Part shown: piece by piece, positions 1 to 9,914 of the stretch
Layout: the number at the start of each line of letters is the position of its first letter
Position numbering within the stretch: the first letter of the stretch is position 1
Source: an uncultured Candidatus Saccharibacteria bacterium
GTDB taxonomy: Bacteria; Patescibacteriota; WWE3; JAUXAW01; JAYEID01
NCBI GenBank assembly: GCA_964622035.1
Contig: CAZUPF010000002.1
Coordinates: 1-34,611 of the forward strand
DNA: 34,611 nt
Direction of reading: 5' to 3'
Position numbers and translations under genes: made by a program
Notes under the pieces: generated by a model
The model's database searches: none
Told to the model about the DNA's origin: nothing
What the model saw: the letters and a program-made list of their open reading frames with translations, nothing else

Positions 1-1131
1 GTGCAAACTGATCCTTATGTCGGTCGGTTGGTTTACTTCCGGGTTTACTCGGGGGCGCTGGATGCGGGGGAGACCGTGATCAATGCCACGAAGAGGCAGA
101 AGGAGCGGATGGGGCGAATTCTGCTCATGCACGCCAATACTCGGGAGGAACTTTCCCGAATTTCCGCTGGAGAGATTGGTGCGACGATTGGGCTGAAGGA
201 TACTTTCACGGGAGATACCCTCTGTGATACGGAGCGTCCCCTTCTTTTGGAGGAAATCACCTTTCCCGAGCCGGTTATTTCCGTGGCCATTGAGCCCAAG
301 ACGCGGGAGGACCAGGAGAAATTGGGCGTGGCTCTGCGGCGACTTTCCGAAGAGGACCCCACCTTTGAGGTGCGGGCCAATCAGGAAACGGGCGAGACCC
401 TAATCTACGGAATGGGCGAGCTACACTTGGAGGTTTTGGTGGAGAGGATGAAGCGGGAGTTTCGAGTTGCGGCGCGGGTTGGCCGGCCGCAGGTGGCCTA
501 CCGGGAAACGATCAGGAAAACGGCGGAGGCCGAGGGGAAGTACATTCGGCAGTCGGGCGGTCGGGGGCAGTACGGACACTGCTATCTGCGTCTCGAGCCG
601 GTAGCTACCGGGGGAGAGTTTGAGTTTGTTAACGCGATCAAGGGTGGGGCGATCCCCCGCGAATTTATCTCGGCGGTGAAGAAGGGGGTTATTGAGGCCC
701 GCGACAAGGGAATCGTGGCCGGGTACCCGCTGGTGGATTTGAAGGTGACTGTTTTTGATGGCAGTTTCCATGAGGTGGATTCTTCGGAAATAGCGTTCAA
801 GATCGCCGCTTCCGATGCTTTTCAGCGGGCGGCTCGTCTGGCTGACCCGGTGCTTCTCGAGCCTATAATGTCGGTAGAGGCGGTGACTCCTGAGGAGCAC
901 TTGGGAGCGGTTGTCGGCGGCCTGTCGGCGAAAAGAGGTCAAATTACGGAAACACTGCCGCGGGGCAACGCGCGGGTTATTTCGGCACAGGTTCCCCTGG
1001 CCGAGATGTTTGGGTATGCAACGGCGATACGATCCTTGACAAAGGGGCGGGCGACATTTACAATGGAACCCAGCCATTACGAGGAAGTGCCGAAGAATAT
1101 TGCCGAAGAGGTCACTAGTTCGGGCAGTTGA
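1..1131 (+). CDS. fusA: Elongation factor G, C-terminal part (5' end outside window)
   Basis: [44 protein letters not shown] and [11 protein letters not shown] motifs; directly upstream of tuf. Confidence 0.99.
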   Translation: MQTDPYVGRLVYFRVYSGALDAGETVINATKRQKERMGRILLMHANTREELSRISAGEIGATIGLKDTFTGDTLCDTERPLLLEEITFPEPVISVAIEPKTREDQEKLGVALRRLSEEDPTFEVRANQETGETLIYGMGELHLEVLVERMKREFRVAARVGRPQVAYRETIRKTAEAEGKYIRQSGGRGQYGHCYLRLEPVATGGEFEFVNAIKGGAIPREFISAVKKGVIEARDKGIVAGYPLVDLKVTVFDGSFHEVDSSEIAFKIAASDAFQRAARLADPVLLEPIMSVEAVTPEEHLGAVVGGLSAKRGQITETLPRGNARVISAQVPLAEMFGYATAIRSLTKGRATFTMEPSHYEEVPKNIAEEVTSSGS

Positions 1132-1175
1132 TGGCTGATAGTTGCGAGTGGCGGTTTTTTTTATTGTTTTAGTTC

Positions 1176-1225
1176 GCCAAAAAGCTGGCGTATCCTCCGA
1201 CGCGCGGATGGGCTAGTTTTGTGGC
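1176..1225 (+). promoter_or_regulatory. Long imperfect stem-loop in the fusA-tuf spacer, just upstream of the tuf SD
   Basis: GCCA-AAAAGCTGGC...GCTAGTTTT-G-TGGC pairing with inner TATCC/GGATG; preceded by a T8 run; SD AAAGGAGG at 1228-1235. Confidence 0.5.
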
Positions 1226-1240
1226 AGAAAGGAGGCCATT

Positions 1241-2425
1241 ATGGCCAAAGAGAAATTCGAGAGGACCAAGCCTCACGTAAACGTGGGCGCGATTGGTCAC
1301 GTTGACCACGGAAAGACGACCCTTCTCTCCGCAATAACCAAGTACCTTGCGGAAAAGGAGATGGCTGAGTTTATGGCCTTCGAGGCCATTGATAACGCTC
1401 CGGAGGAGAAGGAGCGGGGAATTACGATTTCGATCTCCCACGTGGAGTACGAAACGGAGAAGCGGCACTACGCCCACATCGACTGTCCTGGACACGCCGA
1501 CTATATTAAGAACATGATCACCGGTGCGGCGCAGATGGATGGGGGTATTTTGGTTGTCGCTGCTGATGATGGGCCGATGCCACAGACACGGGAACACGTT
1601 CTTCTAGCGCGTCAGGTTAATGTTCCCTCACTGGTGGTTTTCTTGAATAAGGTTGATCTGGTGGAGGATCCTGAGCTGTTGGATTATGTGGAGGAAGAGG
1701 TTCGGGAGCTGCTCAAGAAGTACGAGTTTCCCGGGGACGAGATTCCAGTGATTAGGGGTTCGGCGCTTAAGGCCGCCGATGGGGATGCCGAGGCGCTGAA
1801 GCAGATTGGCGAGCTGATGGATGCGGTTGATAGTTATATTCCAACCCCAGAGCGGGATTTGGACAAACCCTTCCTGATGCCGGTCGAGGATATTTTCTCG
1901 ATTGAGGGTCGGGGTACGGTGGCGACCGGGCGGATTGATCGGGGCAAGGTGGCTATCAAGGACGATGTGGAGATTGTCGGTATTAAGGATACTAAGAAGA
2001 CAGTCGTCACCGGTTTGGAGATGTTCCGCAAGTCGATGGATGATGCCCAGGCCGGGGATAATGTTGGGGTTCTGCTGCGGGGAATTGGCAAGGGCGACAT
2101 TGAGCGCGGCCAAGTCTTGGCGGCTCCAGGAACGATTACTCCCCACACCGAATTTGAGGCGGAAGTGTATATTCTGACCAAAGAAGAGGGCGGGCGTCAT
2201 ACCCCATTCTTTTCGGGATACCGACCCCAGTTTTATCTGCGGACTACTGATGTGACCGGGGAGGTTACCCTGGCGGGCGATGTGGAGATGGTTATGCCCG
2301 GGGACAATGTGAAAATGACGGCCAAACTTATCACTCCAGTGGCTCTAGAACCTGGGCTGCGGTTTGCTATTCGTGAGGGTGGGAAGACTGTTGGTGCGGG
2401 GGTTTTGAGCAAGCTGATTAAGTAA
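1241..2425 (+). CDS. tuf: Elongation factor Tu
   Basis: [31 protein letters not shown] and NKVD motifs; strong SD. Confidence 0.99.
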   Translation: MAKEKFERTKPHVNVGAIGHVDHGKTTLLSAITKYLAEKEMAEFMAFEAIDNAPEEKERGITISISHVEYETEKRHYAHIDCPGHADYIKNMITGAAQMDGGILVVAADDGPMPQTREHVLLARQVNVPSLVVFLNKVDLVEDPELLDYVEEEVRELLKKYEFPGDEIPVIRGSALKAADGDAEALKQIGELMDAVDSYIPTPERDLDKPFLMPVEDIFSIEGRGTVATGRIDRGKVAIKDDVEIVGIKDTKKTVVTGLEMFRKSMDDAQAGDNVGVLLRGIGKGDIERGQVLAAPGTITPHTEFEAEVYILTKEEGGRHTPFFSGYRPQFYLRTTDVTGEVTLAGDVEMVMPGDNVKMTAKLITPVALEPGLRFAIREGGKTVGAGVLSKLIK

Positions 2426-2436
2426 GCTAGTGAATT

Positions 2437-2745
2437 ATGGCCCAGACAAAGATTAGAGTACGTTTGCAGTCGTACGACCATCGGGTAATTGACCAGTCGG
2501 CCGAGAAGATTGTGGATACGGCGATCAGGACCGGAGCCAAAATCTCCGGGCCTGTTCCTCTGCCGACGCGAATCGAACGCTGGTCGGTCAATAGTAGTCC
2601 CCATGTGGATAAGCGCTCGATGGAGCAATTCGAGCGACGGACACACACGCGGTTGGTTGATATTTTGGAACCAACGGCGAAGACCCTGGAAGATCTGGCC
2701 AATCTGAATTTACCCGCTGGGGTGGGGATTGAGATTGGCGGTTAA
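2437..2745 (+). CDS. rpsJ: 30S ribosomal protein S10 (uS10/NusE)
   Basis: [35 protein letters not shown]. Confidence 0.98.
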   Translation: MAQTKIRVRLQSYDHRVIDQSAEKIVDTAIRTGAKISGPVPLPTRIERWSVNSSPHVDKRSMEQFERRTHTRLVDILEPTAKTLEDLANLNLPAGVGIEIGG

Positions 2746-2784
2746 GAAAACCAACGGTTATGGAAATATTTGATTTATAAGAAA

Positions 2785-2838
2785 GATTTGGTGTTTCGGT
2801 TCGTAGCTCTTCTAGAGCGCCAAATCGGCGCTCTTTTT
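2785..2838 (+). promoter_or_regulatory. Overlapping antiterminator/intrinsic terminator hairpins (candidate attenuator) between rpsJ and rplC
   Basis: Terminator AGAGCGCC(2814-21)-AAATC-GGCGCTCT(2827-34)+TTTT; alternative pairing GATTTGGTGTTT(2785-96) with GAGCGCCAAATC(2815-26). Confidence 0.7.
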
Positions 2839-2853
2839 GATGGTTGCTTAGCG

Positions 2854-3288
2854 ATGAGTATTATTCGCGGTAAAAAAATCGGAATGTCGCGGTTGTTCAC
2901 TGAGAGCGGGAGCGCTGTTCCCGTTACTATCCTTGTGCCTGAGGATGTCTCGACATTCTCGGTGGGGGATAAGATTACGGTTTCGGCCAAGTCCAAGGGC
3001 AAGGGCTTTGCGGGAGTGATGAAGCGCTGGGGTTTTCACGGCGGTCCGCGGACACACGGTCAGTCCGATCGGCAACGAGCTCCTGGTTCGATTGGGGGCG
3101 GCACGGACCCGGGGCGGGTTATCCCCGGTAAGCATATGCCTGGGCGAATGGGGGGAAAACGGGTGACCATTCAGGGTCTGAAAATCGCGGAAATTGATGA
3201 GGGTTCGGGGGTGATCAAAGTGATCGGGTCGGTACCGGGACCGCGGCGGGCGGAGGTGGAAATACAGGGAGTGAATCATGAAGGTTGA
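2854..3288 (+). CDS. rplC: 50S ribosomal protein L3 (uL3), internally shortened (144 aa)
   Basis: GKKIGMSRLF...PVT, SKGKGFAGVMKRWGF, THG, RAPGSIG, GKHMPGRMG; start moved to ATG 2854 by homology. Confidence 0.96.
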   Translation: MSIIRGKKIGMSRLFTESGSAVPVTILVPEDVSTFSVGDKITVSAKSKGKGFAGVMKRWGFHGGPRTHGQSDRQRAPGSIGGGTDPGRVIPGKHMPGRMGGKRVTIQGLKIAEIDEGSGVIKVIGSVPGPRRAEVEIQGVNHEG

Positions 3289-3910
3289 TCTTTATAATCA
3301 GCAAGGTGAAAAGCTAAAAACTAAAGCCACGCTTAACCCTAGTATTTTTGGGATTGAGCCGAACAAGCAGCTGCTTAGTCAATATGTTCGGGTGTATCAG
3401 GCCAACCAGCGCCAGGGAACGGCCAAGGTAAAAACACGGGCCGAGGTCTCGGGTGGCGGCCGAAAACCGTGGGCGCAGAAGGGCACCGGGCGGGCGCGGC
3501 ACGGTTCAATCCGTTCGCCTATTTGGGTTGGTGGGGGTGTTGCTTTTGGCCCCACGCCTCGCGAGTGGCGTCTTAAGTTGCCGCGGAAGATGCGTCGCCG
3601 AGCGCTTTTTGTGGCCCTCTCGCAGAAGGCCCAAGCGGGTAAGATTCTAGTTGTTAATAAGCTGGCTTTGCCGGAGATTAAGACTAAGCTGATGGGGGAA
3701 ACCCTCGCCAAACTGGGGCTTTCCGGGAAGGTTTTGGTGGTTCTTCCTGAGGCGGATAAGTCGGTAGTGCTGTCAGCCCGTAACCTAGGGCAAGTGACGG
3801 TGGTTGTGGCTTCCAATCTAAATGCTTACGATATCCTGGCCGCGGAGAGTGTTGTTTTTATAAAAGAAAGCTTAAAGGTTGTTGAGGATGTGTTCGGCGG
3901 AGGAGCATGA
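3278..3910 (+). CDS. rplD: 50S ribosomal protein L4 (uL4)
   Basis: RQGTAKVKTRAEVSGGGRKPWAQKGTGRARHGSIRSPIWVGGG. Confidence 0.98.
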   Translation: MKVDLYNQQGEKLKTKATLNPSIFGIEPNKQLLSQYVRVYQANQRQGTAKVKTRAEVSGGGRKPWAQKGTGRARHGSIRSPIWVGGGVAFGPTPREWRLKLPRKMRRRALFVALSQKAQAGKILVVNKLALPEIKTKLMGETLAKLGLSGKVLVVLPEADKSVVLSARNLGQVTVVVASNLNAYDILAAESVVFIKESLKVVEDVFGGGA

Positions 3911-4212
3911 AAAAGTTTCGTGAGGTGATCAAACGCCCGATTATTACCGAAAAGAGTTTGCGGCTTGCCGCGGGCGAGAATAAGTATATTTTTGAGGTGA
4001 GCCTGGGGGCTACCAAAGGAAGCGTGAAGAACGAGATAGAAAAGATTTATCAGGTGACGGTGGAGGCGGTGCGGATAATTCGCATCCCCCCGCGGAAGCA
4101 GCGGGTCTTGGGTCGGGGAAAGTTTACCTTAGGTGGGGGGTTGAAGAAAGCGGTGGTTACTTTGGCTGCGGGTGACAGTATTGATGGTTTTTCCGGGGGG
4201 GAACAAGAATGA
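3907..4212 (+). CDS. rplW: 50S ribosomal protein L23 (uL23)
   Basis: IKRPIITEKS, NKYIFEV, KKAVVTL; synteny. Confidence 0.96.
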   Translation: MKKFREVIKRPIITEKSLRLAAGENKYIFEVSLGATKGSVKNEIEKIYQVTVEAVRIIRIPPRKQRVLGRGKFTLGGGLKKAVVTLAAGDSIDGFSGGEQE

Positions 4213-5027
4213 AGCGCTATAAACCAACATCGCCCGGGCGACGGCACCGGGTAGACATTGAAAGAAATGTGAGCCGCGGGAAACCGGAGAGATCCTTGGT
4301 TCGGGGGTTGACGGAGAAGGCGGGGAGGAGTAAAGGGAAAATCTCGATGCGGCACCAGGGCGGGCGGGTGAAGAGGAAGTATCGCACTATTGATTTTAAA
4401 CGAGATAAGTTGGGCATTCCGGCGCGGGTAGCGTCTCTAGAGTACGACCCCAATCGCGGCGCGGATATCGCTCTCCTCTACTATAAGGATGGGGAGAAGC
4501 GCTACATTTTGGCCCCGGAGGGGCTAGCGGTGGATGGTGAGGTGCTGGCCGGTGAGGATGTGCGGGCGGAGACGGGAAACGCCATGCCGATAGAGAAAAT
4601 TCCTTTGGGGGTGTCTATTCACAATATCGAATTACAGCCGGGGCGGGGTGGGCAAATTGTGCGGGCGGCGGGGGCCAAGGCGGAAGTAGTAGCTAAGCCG
4701 GGGAAATATGTTCATGTAAAACTCCCTTCGGGGGAGGTTCGGAAGATTCTTGGTGTTTGCTACGCGACGGTTGGCGGTGTTTCGAATCCAGAGCTTAAGA
4801 GCCGAAAATTAGGGAAGGCGGGGCGCAGTCGCCACTTAGGTATCCGTCCCTCCGTACGGGGAACGGTCATGGCTCCCAATGCCCACCCTCACGGTGGGGG
4901 CGAGGGTAAGACATCGATCGGTATGCCGTCGCCGAAGACCCCTTGGGGGAAGAAAACTCGCGGTGTTAAAACACGAAGACGCAAGCATACGACTAAGTAT
5001 ATTGTGAAGGATCGGAGGAAGAAGTAG
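4209..5027 (+). CDS. rplB: 50S ribosomal protein L2 (uL2)
   Basis: YKPTSPGRR, EYDPNR, HPHGGGEG, TPWGK. Confidence 0.99.
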   Translation: MKRYKPTSPGRRHRVDIERNVSRGKPERSLVRGLTEKAGRSKGKISMRHQGGRVKRKYRTIDFKRDKLGIPARVASLEYDPNRGADIALLYYKDGEKRYILAPEGLAVDGEVLAGEDVRAETGNAMPIEKIPLGVSIHNIELQPGRGGQIVRAAGAKAEVVAKPGKYVHVKLPSGEVRKILGVCYATVGGVSNPELKSRKLGKAGRSRHLGIRPSVRGTVMAPNAHPHGGGEGKTSIGMPSPKTPWGKKTRGVKTRRRKHTTKYIVKDRRKK

Positions 5028-5036
5028 GCGTTTATT

Positions 5037-5330
5037 ATGTCAAGATCTTTAAAGAAGGGTCCATTCATCAGTCCAAAACTTGCTAAAAAGGTCGCTAAGG
5101 CCAAGGAGTCGGGTTCCCGCGAACCGATAAAGACCTGGTCGCGTACTAGCGCGATCAGCCCGGAGATGGTCGGGCTGACGATGGCGGTTCATAACGGAAA
5201 CAAGCATATTTCGGTTTTTATAACGGAGGCGATGGTCGGTCACAAGTTGGGAGAATTCGCCCCCACCAGGACTTTTAGGTCGCACGGAAGGAAGGGAGTG
5301 CGGGGTACCCTCTCGGAGGGTCGGGTGTAA
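5037..5330 (+). CDS. rpsS: 30S ribosomal protein S19 (uS19)
   Basis: [29 protein letters not shown]. Confidence 0.99.
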   Translation: MSRSLKKGPFISPKLAKKVAKAKESGSREPIKTWSRTSAISPEMVGLTMAVHNGNKHISVFITEAMVGHKLGEFAPTRTFRSHGRKGVRGTLSEGRV

Positions 5331-5659
5331 TGGTTGTCTATGCGCGAGCAAAAAATTTACCGCTTTCGCCGCAGAAGATGGGTCTGGTTCTCGATTTGGT
5401 TCGGGGGAAGACAGTGGAAGAGGCCCAGCAAGCTCTCAGCAACTCTCCCAAGAAGGGGGCGAGGATCCTCACTAAGGTTTTGGCTTCAGCGGTGGCTAAT
5501 GCGGCTGCTGGCGGCGATTCGGTGGAAAACTTGCGGGTTGTTGATGTTCGTGCCGATAAGGCGCCGGTTTTTAAGCGTTGGCGAGCGCGGGCACGAGGCC
5601 GTGGTGACCGGATTATCAAGCGGCGAACTCATTTAACGGTCGGGGTAGCTTTGAAGTAA
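5330..5659 (+). CDS. rplV: 50S ribosomal protein L22 (uL22)
   Basis: SPQK, SAVANA, RARGRGDRIIKRRTHLTV. Confidence 0.97.
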   Translation: MVVYARAKNLPLSPQKMGLVLDLVRGKTVEEAQQALSNSPKKGARILTKVLASAVANAAAGGDSVENLRVVDVRADKAPVFKRWRARARGRGDRIIKRRTHLTVGVALK

Positions 5660-5661
5660 TT

Positions 5662-6294
5662 ATGAGCCAAAAAACGCATCCCATTGGATTTAGATTAGGA
5701 GAGACGGCTGAGTGGAAATCTCAGTGGTTTGCGAAGGATACTCGGAGCTATGTGGCGAATGTGCTTGAGGATAAGAAGATTAGGGAGTTTATCAGGGAGT
5801 ATGTCGGTCGGGCGGGGGTAAAGAGTGTTCGGATTGAGCGGTTTCTAAACCGGATGCGGGTGGTTGTGCATGTTGCCCGTCCCGGGATGGTTATTGGGCG
5901 GGGAGGGTCTCGGATCGAGCTTTTGCGTGGCGGTTTGGAGAAGATCTGTGGGGCGAAGCCGGAGCTGGTGGTGGAGGAGGTTAAGCATCCAGCGCTCTCC
6001 GCTGGGTTGGTCGCTGAGGAGATTGTCCGCCAAATCGAGCGCCGCCGTTACCCTATTCGGGTGATGGCCCTGGAGGCGGAGAAGGTGATGGCCCGGGGGG
6101 CAAAAGGGGTAAAAATTGAGGCGTCGGGGAGGTTGGGAGGATCCGCGTATGCTCGAAAGGGGCACATTAACCACGGTTCGGTTCCTTTGCAGACGATCAG
6201 AGCGAAAATTGATTACGCGCTGCGGGTGGCGCTGACCAAGTGCGGCACGATAGGGATAAAGGTGTGGATTTATTTAGGAGAAGAGGAGATATAG
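5662..6294 (+). CDS. rpsC: 30S ribosomal protein S3 (uS3)
   Basis: [44 protein letters not shown]. Confidence 0.99.
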   Translation: MSQKTHPIGFRLGETAEWKSQWFAKDTRSYVANVLEDKKIREFIREYVGRAGVKSVRIERFLNRMRVVVHVARPGMVIGRGGSRIELLRGGLEKICGAKPELVVEEVKHPALSAGLVAEEIVRQIERRRYPIRVMALEAEKVMARGAKGVKIEASGRLGGSAYARKGHINHGSVPLQTIRAKIDYALRVALTKCGTIGIKVWIYLGEEEI

Positions 6295-6298
6295 TAGG

Positions 6299-6709
6299 AT
6301 GTTATTGCCGAAGAAGCGCAAGTATCGTCGGGAGTTTCGTGGTAAAATGAAGGGCAAGTCCCAGAGGGGGTCGAAGCTTTCTTTTGGCGAATATGGTCTT
6401 AAGTCCTTGGGTAATTGCTGGCTGACCGGGCGCCAGATTGAGGCGGCCCGGCGGGCGATCACTCACCACACCAAGCGTGGCGGTAAACTGTGGATAAGGG
6501 TTTTCCCCGACAAGCCGGTCAGTGCCAAAACTTCGGGGATGCGAATGGGTCGGGGAAAGGGCCCTGTGGACCACTATGTGGCGGTAGTGAAGGCCGGGAG
6601 GGTTATTTTTGAGTTGGGCGGTGTTGCGGAGCAGACGGCCAACGAGGCTTTAGATCGGGCAGCGCACAAGCTTCCGGTGGCTACTAAAATTATTACTGGA
6701 GGCCAATGA
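6299..6709 (+). CDS. rplP: 50S ribosomal protein L16 (uL16)
   Basis: [35 protein letters not shown]. Confidence 0.99.
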   Translation: MLLPKKRKYRREFRGKMKGKSQRGSKLSFGEYGLKSLGNCWLTGRQIEAARRAITHHTKRGGKLWIRVFPDKPVSAKTSGMRMGRGKGPVDHYVAVVKAGRVIFELGGVAEQTANEALDRAAHKLPVATKIITGGQ

Positions 6710-6903
6710 ATACTAGTGAGCTACGAGGAAAAAGCCGGGCGGAGCTTGAGGAAACTCTTCGAGAGCTTAGAAGCGAGTTGCAAACTATGCGGTTGACGCA
6801 TCGGGTGGGGGGTTTGAGTGATGTGAGTAGCTTACAGAAAAAGAAGAAGGATGTTGCGCAAGTAATGACGGTGTTGCGGGAGAAGGAGATTATTGCTGTT
6901 TAA
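6706..6903 (+). CDS. rpmC: 50S ribosomal protein L29 (uL29)
   Basis: [21 protein letters not shown]; follows rplP. Confidence 0.95.
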   Translation: MNTSELRGKSRAELEETLRELRSELQTMRLTHRVGGLSDVSSLQKKKKDVAQVMTVLREKEIIAV

Positions 6904-6905
6904 TT

Positions 6906-7268
6906 ATGGTCCAACCAGAGTCCGTTTTAAAAGTTTGTGATAATACTGGGGCCAACGCGCTGAAGGTGATTACCGTCTTTGGCCGGAAGCGGTTTGCGAA
7001 GCTGGGTGACGTTGTTTCTGGTTCGGTTCGGGGAGTTTCGGGTCGGGCCACGGTTGCTGATCACTCTGTTGTCCACGCGGTTGTGGTTCGGGCGCGTAAA
7101 GAGAATCGGCGGGATGATGGTTCTTACATACGGTTTGACGATAACGCTTGCGTGATTGTGGATAAGAAGCAGCTCCCGATTGGGACTAGGGTCTTTGGTC
7201 CGGTAGCGAGGGAGGTTAGGGAGGCCGGTTTTACTGAGGTGGCCGCCATGGCCCAAGAGATTGTTTGA
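6906..7268 (+). CDS. rplN: 50S ribosomal protein L14 (uL14)
   Basis: VCDNTGA, RRDDGSYIRFDDNACV, GTRVFGPVAREVR. Confidence 0.98.
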   Translation: MVQPESVLKVCDNTGANALKVITVFGRKRFAKLGDVVSGSVRGVSGRATVADHSVVHAVVVRARKENRRDDGSYIRFDDNACVIVDKKQLPIGTRVFGPVAREVREAGFTEVAAMAQEIV

Positions 7269-7282
7269 GGGTAACTACTATT

Positions 7283-7519
7283 ATGTCTAAAAAAAATCTT
7301 ATCGGAACTGTGGTTTCGGACAAAATGGAAAAGACAGTGGTGGTGGAGGTGGAAAGAGACTTTCACCATCCTCGTTACCAGAAGAAACTGACCCGGGGCA
7401 AGGGGTATAAGGTGGCGAATTTGTTGGGGGCGAAAGTCGGAGACCGGGTGAGAATTGAGGAGTGCCGACCTCTAAGTAAAGGGAAGCGGTTTCAGGTGGT
7501 GGAGATACTCGCTGAGTGA
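7283..7519 (+). CDS. rpsQ: 30S ribosomal protein S17 (uS17)
   Basis: GTVVSDKMEKTVVV, HPRYQK, GDRVRIEECRPLSKGKRF; ATG at 7283. Confidence 0.98.
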   Translation: MSKKNLIGTVVSDKMEKTVVVEVERDFHHPRYQKKLTRGKGYKVANLLGAKVGDRVRIEECRPLSKGKRFQVVEILAE

Positions 7520-7522
7520 GCT

Positions 7523-7828
7523 ATGAAAATACGAAGTGGGGACACCGTAAAAGTAATATCTGGTAAAGATCGGGACAAGACCGGGAAGGTGGAGAAGACT
7601 TTTCCTGCGAGTGGTCGGGTGCTTGTTTCGGGGGTGAACATGGTGAAGAAGCACGTCAAGCCCCGTCGGGGTAGTGAGGGGGGGATTGTTGAGAAGTCTC
7701 TGCCGATCGCGATTTCCAATGTTATGCTTTTGTGTCCTCAGTGTGGGGAGGCGGCCCGGGTGGGGTATAAATTTGCTGGTGAGAAGAAACAGCGGTTTTG
7801 TAAGAAGTGCGGGGCGGTAGTTGAGTAG
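7523..7828 (+). CDS. rplX: 50S ribosomal protein L24 (uL24), Cys-rich C-terminus
   Basis: KOW motif GDTVKVISGKDRDKTGKV, GVNMVKKHVK, CPQC...CKKC. Confidence 0.98.
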   Translation: MKIRSGDTVKVISGKDRDKTGKVEKTFPASGRVLVSGVNMVKKHVKPRRGSEGGIVEKSLPIAISNVMLLCPQCGEAARVGYKFAGEKKQRFCKKCGAVVE

Positions 7829-7841
7829 TATTTGACCAATC

Positions 7842-8387
7842 ATGATATTAGAGGAGCGTTTTAAAAAAGAATTGGTTTCGGAGTTAGCCAAAACATTGGG
7901 GGTCTCCAACCTGCTGGCCGTTCCCCGACCCACCAAGATTGTGGTTAATATGGGCTTGGGACGAGCGAAAGAAACCAAGGGCCTTTTGGACGAGTCGCAG
8001 GCAGATTTGGCGAGGATTACCGGGCAGCAGCCTAATATTCGGCGGGCGCGGAGGGATGAGTCTGGTTGGAATCTCCGAAAGGGGGAACCAATCGGTTTAG
8101 CGGTGACTCTGCGGGGGCGGAGGATGTGGGATTTTCTGGAAAAGCTGGTAAGGGCGGTGCTTCCAAGGGTTCGGGATTTCCACGGGTTGGGGCGGGCGTC
8201 CTTTGACGGGCACGGCAACTACAGTATTGGTTTTGATGAGCACACCTGCTTTCCAGAGATCGATCCCAACGAAGTAAGCGTTTTGCGAGGGTTGGAGATA
8301 ACTATTGTTACTAATGCTCGGGAGGACGAGGGTGGCTACCAGCTGCTTAAGGCGTTGGGGGTACCATTTAGAGAAGAGAATTCCTAA
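7842..8387 (+). CDS. rplE: 50S ribosomal protein L5 (uL5)
   Basis: KIVVNMGLG, ITGQQP, VTLRG, LPRVRDFHG, FDGHGNY, FPEI. Confidence 0.98.
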   Translation: MILEERFKKELVSELAKTLGVSNLLAVPRPTKIVVNMGLGRAKETKGLLDESQADLARITGQQPNIRRARRDESGWNLRKGEPIGLAVTLRGRRMWDFLEKLVRAVLPRVRDFHGLGRASFDGHGNYSIGFDEHTCFPEIDPNEVSVLRGLEITIVTNAREDEGGYQLLKALGVPFREENS

Positions 8388-8399
8388 GGAGGTTATATT

Positions 8400-8585
8400 G
8401 TGGCTAAGACGTCTTTGATTGTAAAACAAAAAAGAGCTAATAAGTTCGCCAGCCGAAACTACACGCGGTGCGCCCTCTGTGGTCGGTCTCGGGCTTATAT
8501 GCGCAAGTTTGGGGTGTGCCGGGTATGCTTTCGGGAGATGGCTTTAGAGGGGGAGTTACCGGGAGTAAAGAAAGCGAGTTGGTAG
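8400..8585 (+). CDS. rpsN: 30S ribosomal protein S14, zinc-binding (type Z)
   Basis: 61 aa, [25 protein letters not shown] start with SD AAGGAGG. Confidence 0.98.
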   Translation: MAKTSLIVKQKRANKFASRNYTRCALCGRSRAYMRKFGVCRVCFREMALEGELPGVKKASW

Positions 8586-8587
8586 CT

Positions 8588-8983
8588 ATGGATCCAATTG
8601 CTGATTTGCTGACAATAATTAGAAATGCTCAGGCGGTGGGGAAAGAAAAAGTAGAGCTTCCTCACTCCACGGCCAAAGAGGTCTTATCTCGGCTCCTTAA
8701 GGATAACGGGTACCTCAGTGATGTGCGAGTTTTTAAGGTGTCTGGTAAGGTTTACAAGCGGCTGAGCTTAACGCTTAGGTATATCGCTGGGCGGCCGGCG
8801 GTGGGGCACATAGAACTGGTTTCGAAGCCTGGTAAACGCGTCTATGCTAGTCGGGATAAGCTTCCTCAGGCTCTGCGGGGGGGAGTGGGTATAGTTATCG
8901 TTTCTACTTCTCGGGGTCTTATGACTAGCGCTGAGGCTCGGAAGCGAAATTTGGGTGGTGAGGTTATTTGCCAAGTTTGGTGA
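8588..8983 (+). CDS. rpsH: 30S ribosomal protein S8 (uS8)
   Basis: MDPIADLLTIIRNA, VSKPGKRVY, VSTSRGLMT, GGEVIC; ATG at 8588. Confidence 0.98.
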   Translation: MDPIADLLTIIRNAQAVGKEKVELPHSTAKEVLSRLLKDNGYLSDVRVFKVSGKVYKRLSLTLRYIAGRPAVGHIELVSKPGKRVYASRDKLPQALRGGVGIVIVSTSRGLMTSAEARKRNLGGEVICQVW

Positions 8984-8994
8984 GGTAACTAATT

Positions 8995-9558
8995 ATGTCT
9001 AGAATAGGTAAACAACCGATTAAGATTCCCGAGGCAGTGGGGGTGGATATTGCGGAGGGAAAGGTCACCTTCTCTGGTCCCAAGGGAGAGCTTTCCTGTC
9101 TGGTTCGCCCAGAGGTGGAAGTGGTGGCCGAGGGTGGCGAGCTGCGGGTAACCAGGAAGTCTAATTCGCAGTTGGCACGCGCTCTCCACGGAACGACGAG
9201 AGCCATTTTGGCTAACGCGGTTGTTGGGGTTGAATCGGGTTATGAGCGGCACCTGATTATGGAGGGGTTGGGGTACCGAGCGCGGGTGGAAGGTGGGGGC
9301 ATTATTTTAGAGGTGGGCTTTTCCCACCCGAATATTTATAAGGCGCCGGAGGGTATTGAGTTTCGGGTAGAGGGTAACCAAGAGATCACCGTCTCTGGGG
9401 TAAATAAGGAGTTGGTTGGTAGAGTAGCTGCGGAACTTAGGGCGGTCCGTCCCCCCGAACCTTACAAAGGGAAAGGTATTCGCTATGTGGATGAGGTCGT
9501 GCGTCGGAAGGCGGGGAAAACGGCGGGCGCAGCGGGAGGTTTAGGGGACACAATCTAA
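8995..9558 (+). CDS. rplF: 50S ribosomal protein L6 (uL6)
   Basis: [28 protein letters not shown]. Confidence 0.99.
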   Translation: MSRIGKQPIKIPEAVGVDIAEGKVTFSGPKGELSCLVRPEVEVVAEGGELRVTRKSNSQLARALHGTTRAILANAVVGVESGYERHLIMEGLGYRARVEGGGIILEVGFSHPNIYKAPEGIEFRVEGNQEITVSGVNKELVGRVAAELRAVRPPEPYKGKGIRYVDEVVRRKAGKTAGAAGGLGDTI

Positions 9559-9560
9559 TC

Positions 9561-9914
9561 ATGATTAAGGTGCGGCAGTACAAAAACAATCGAATACGGC
9601 GGGCTTTGCGGATGAGAAAGAAGGTGCGGGGGACGGCGGGGCGGCCGCGTTTGGCGGTCTTTCGCTCCAACTTTCACATCTACAGCCAGCTTATTGATGA
9701 CCGACAGGGTCAGACCCTGGTTTCTGCCTCGGATTTTGATCTTAAGAAACGGAGTGATCGGATGGAGAACGCGCGGGCGGTGGGAAAGACCCTAGCTGAT
9801 CGGGCGCGGGGTGCGGGGGTAACTAAAATTGTCTTTGATCGTCGGGGCTACCGTTACCACGGTCGAGTTAAGGCGTTGGCCGAGGGCGCGCGGGAAGGGG
9901 GGTTGGAGTTTTAA
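9561..9914 (+). CDS. rplR: 50S ribosomal protein L18 (uL18)
   Basis: [37 protein letters not shown]. Confidence 0.99.
   Translation: MIKVRQYKNNRIRRALRMRKKVRGTAGRPRLAVFRSNFHIYSQLIDDRQGQTLVSASDFDLKKRSDRMENARAVGKTLADRARGAGVTKIVFDRRGYRYHGRVKALAEGAREGGLEF

Noticed and set aside
2770..2853. N-terminal extensions in the ORF track (rplC, rpsH, rplO, aspS, gltX, 23785-24414)
   Set aside because: The extensions run through promoters, terminators or upstream genes; homology starts at downstream ATGs.
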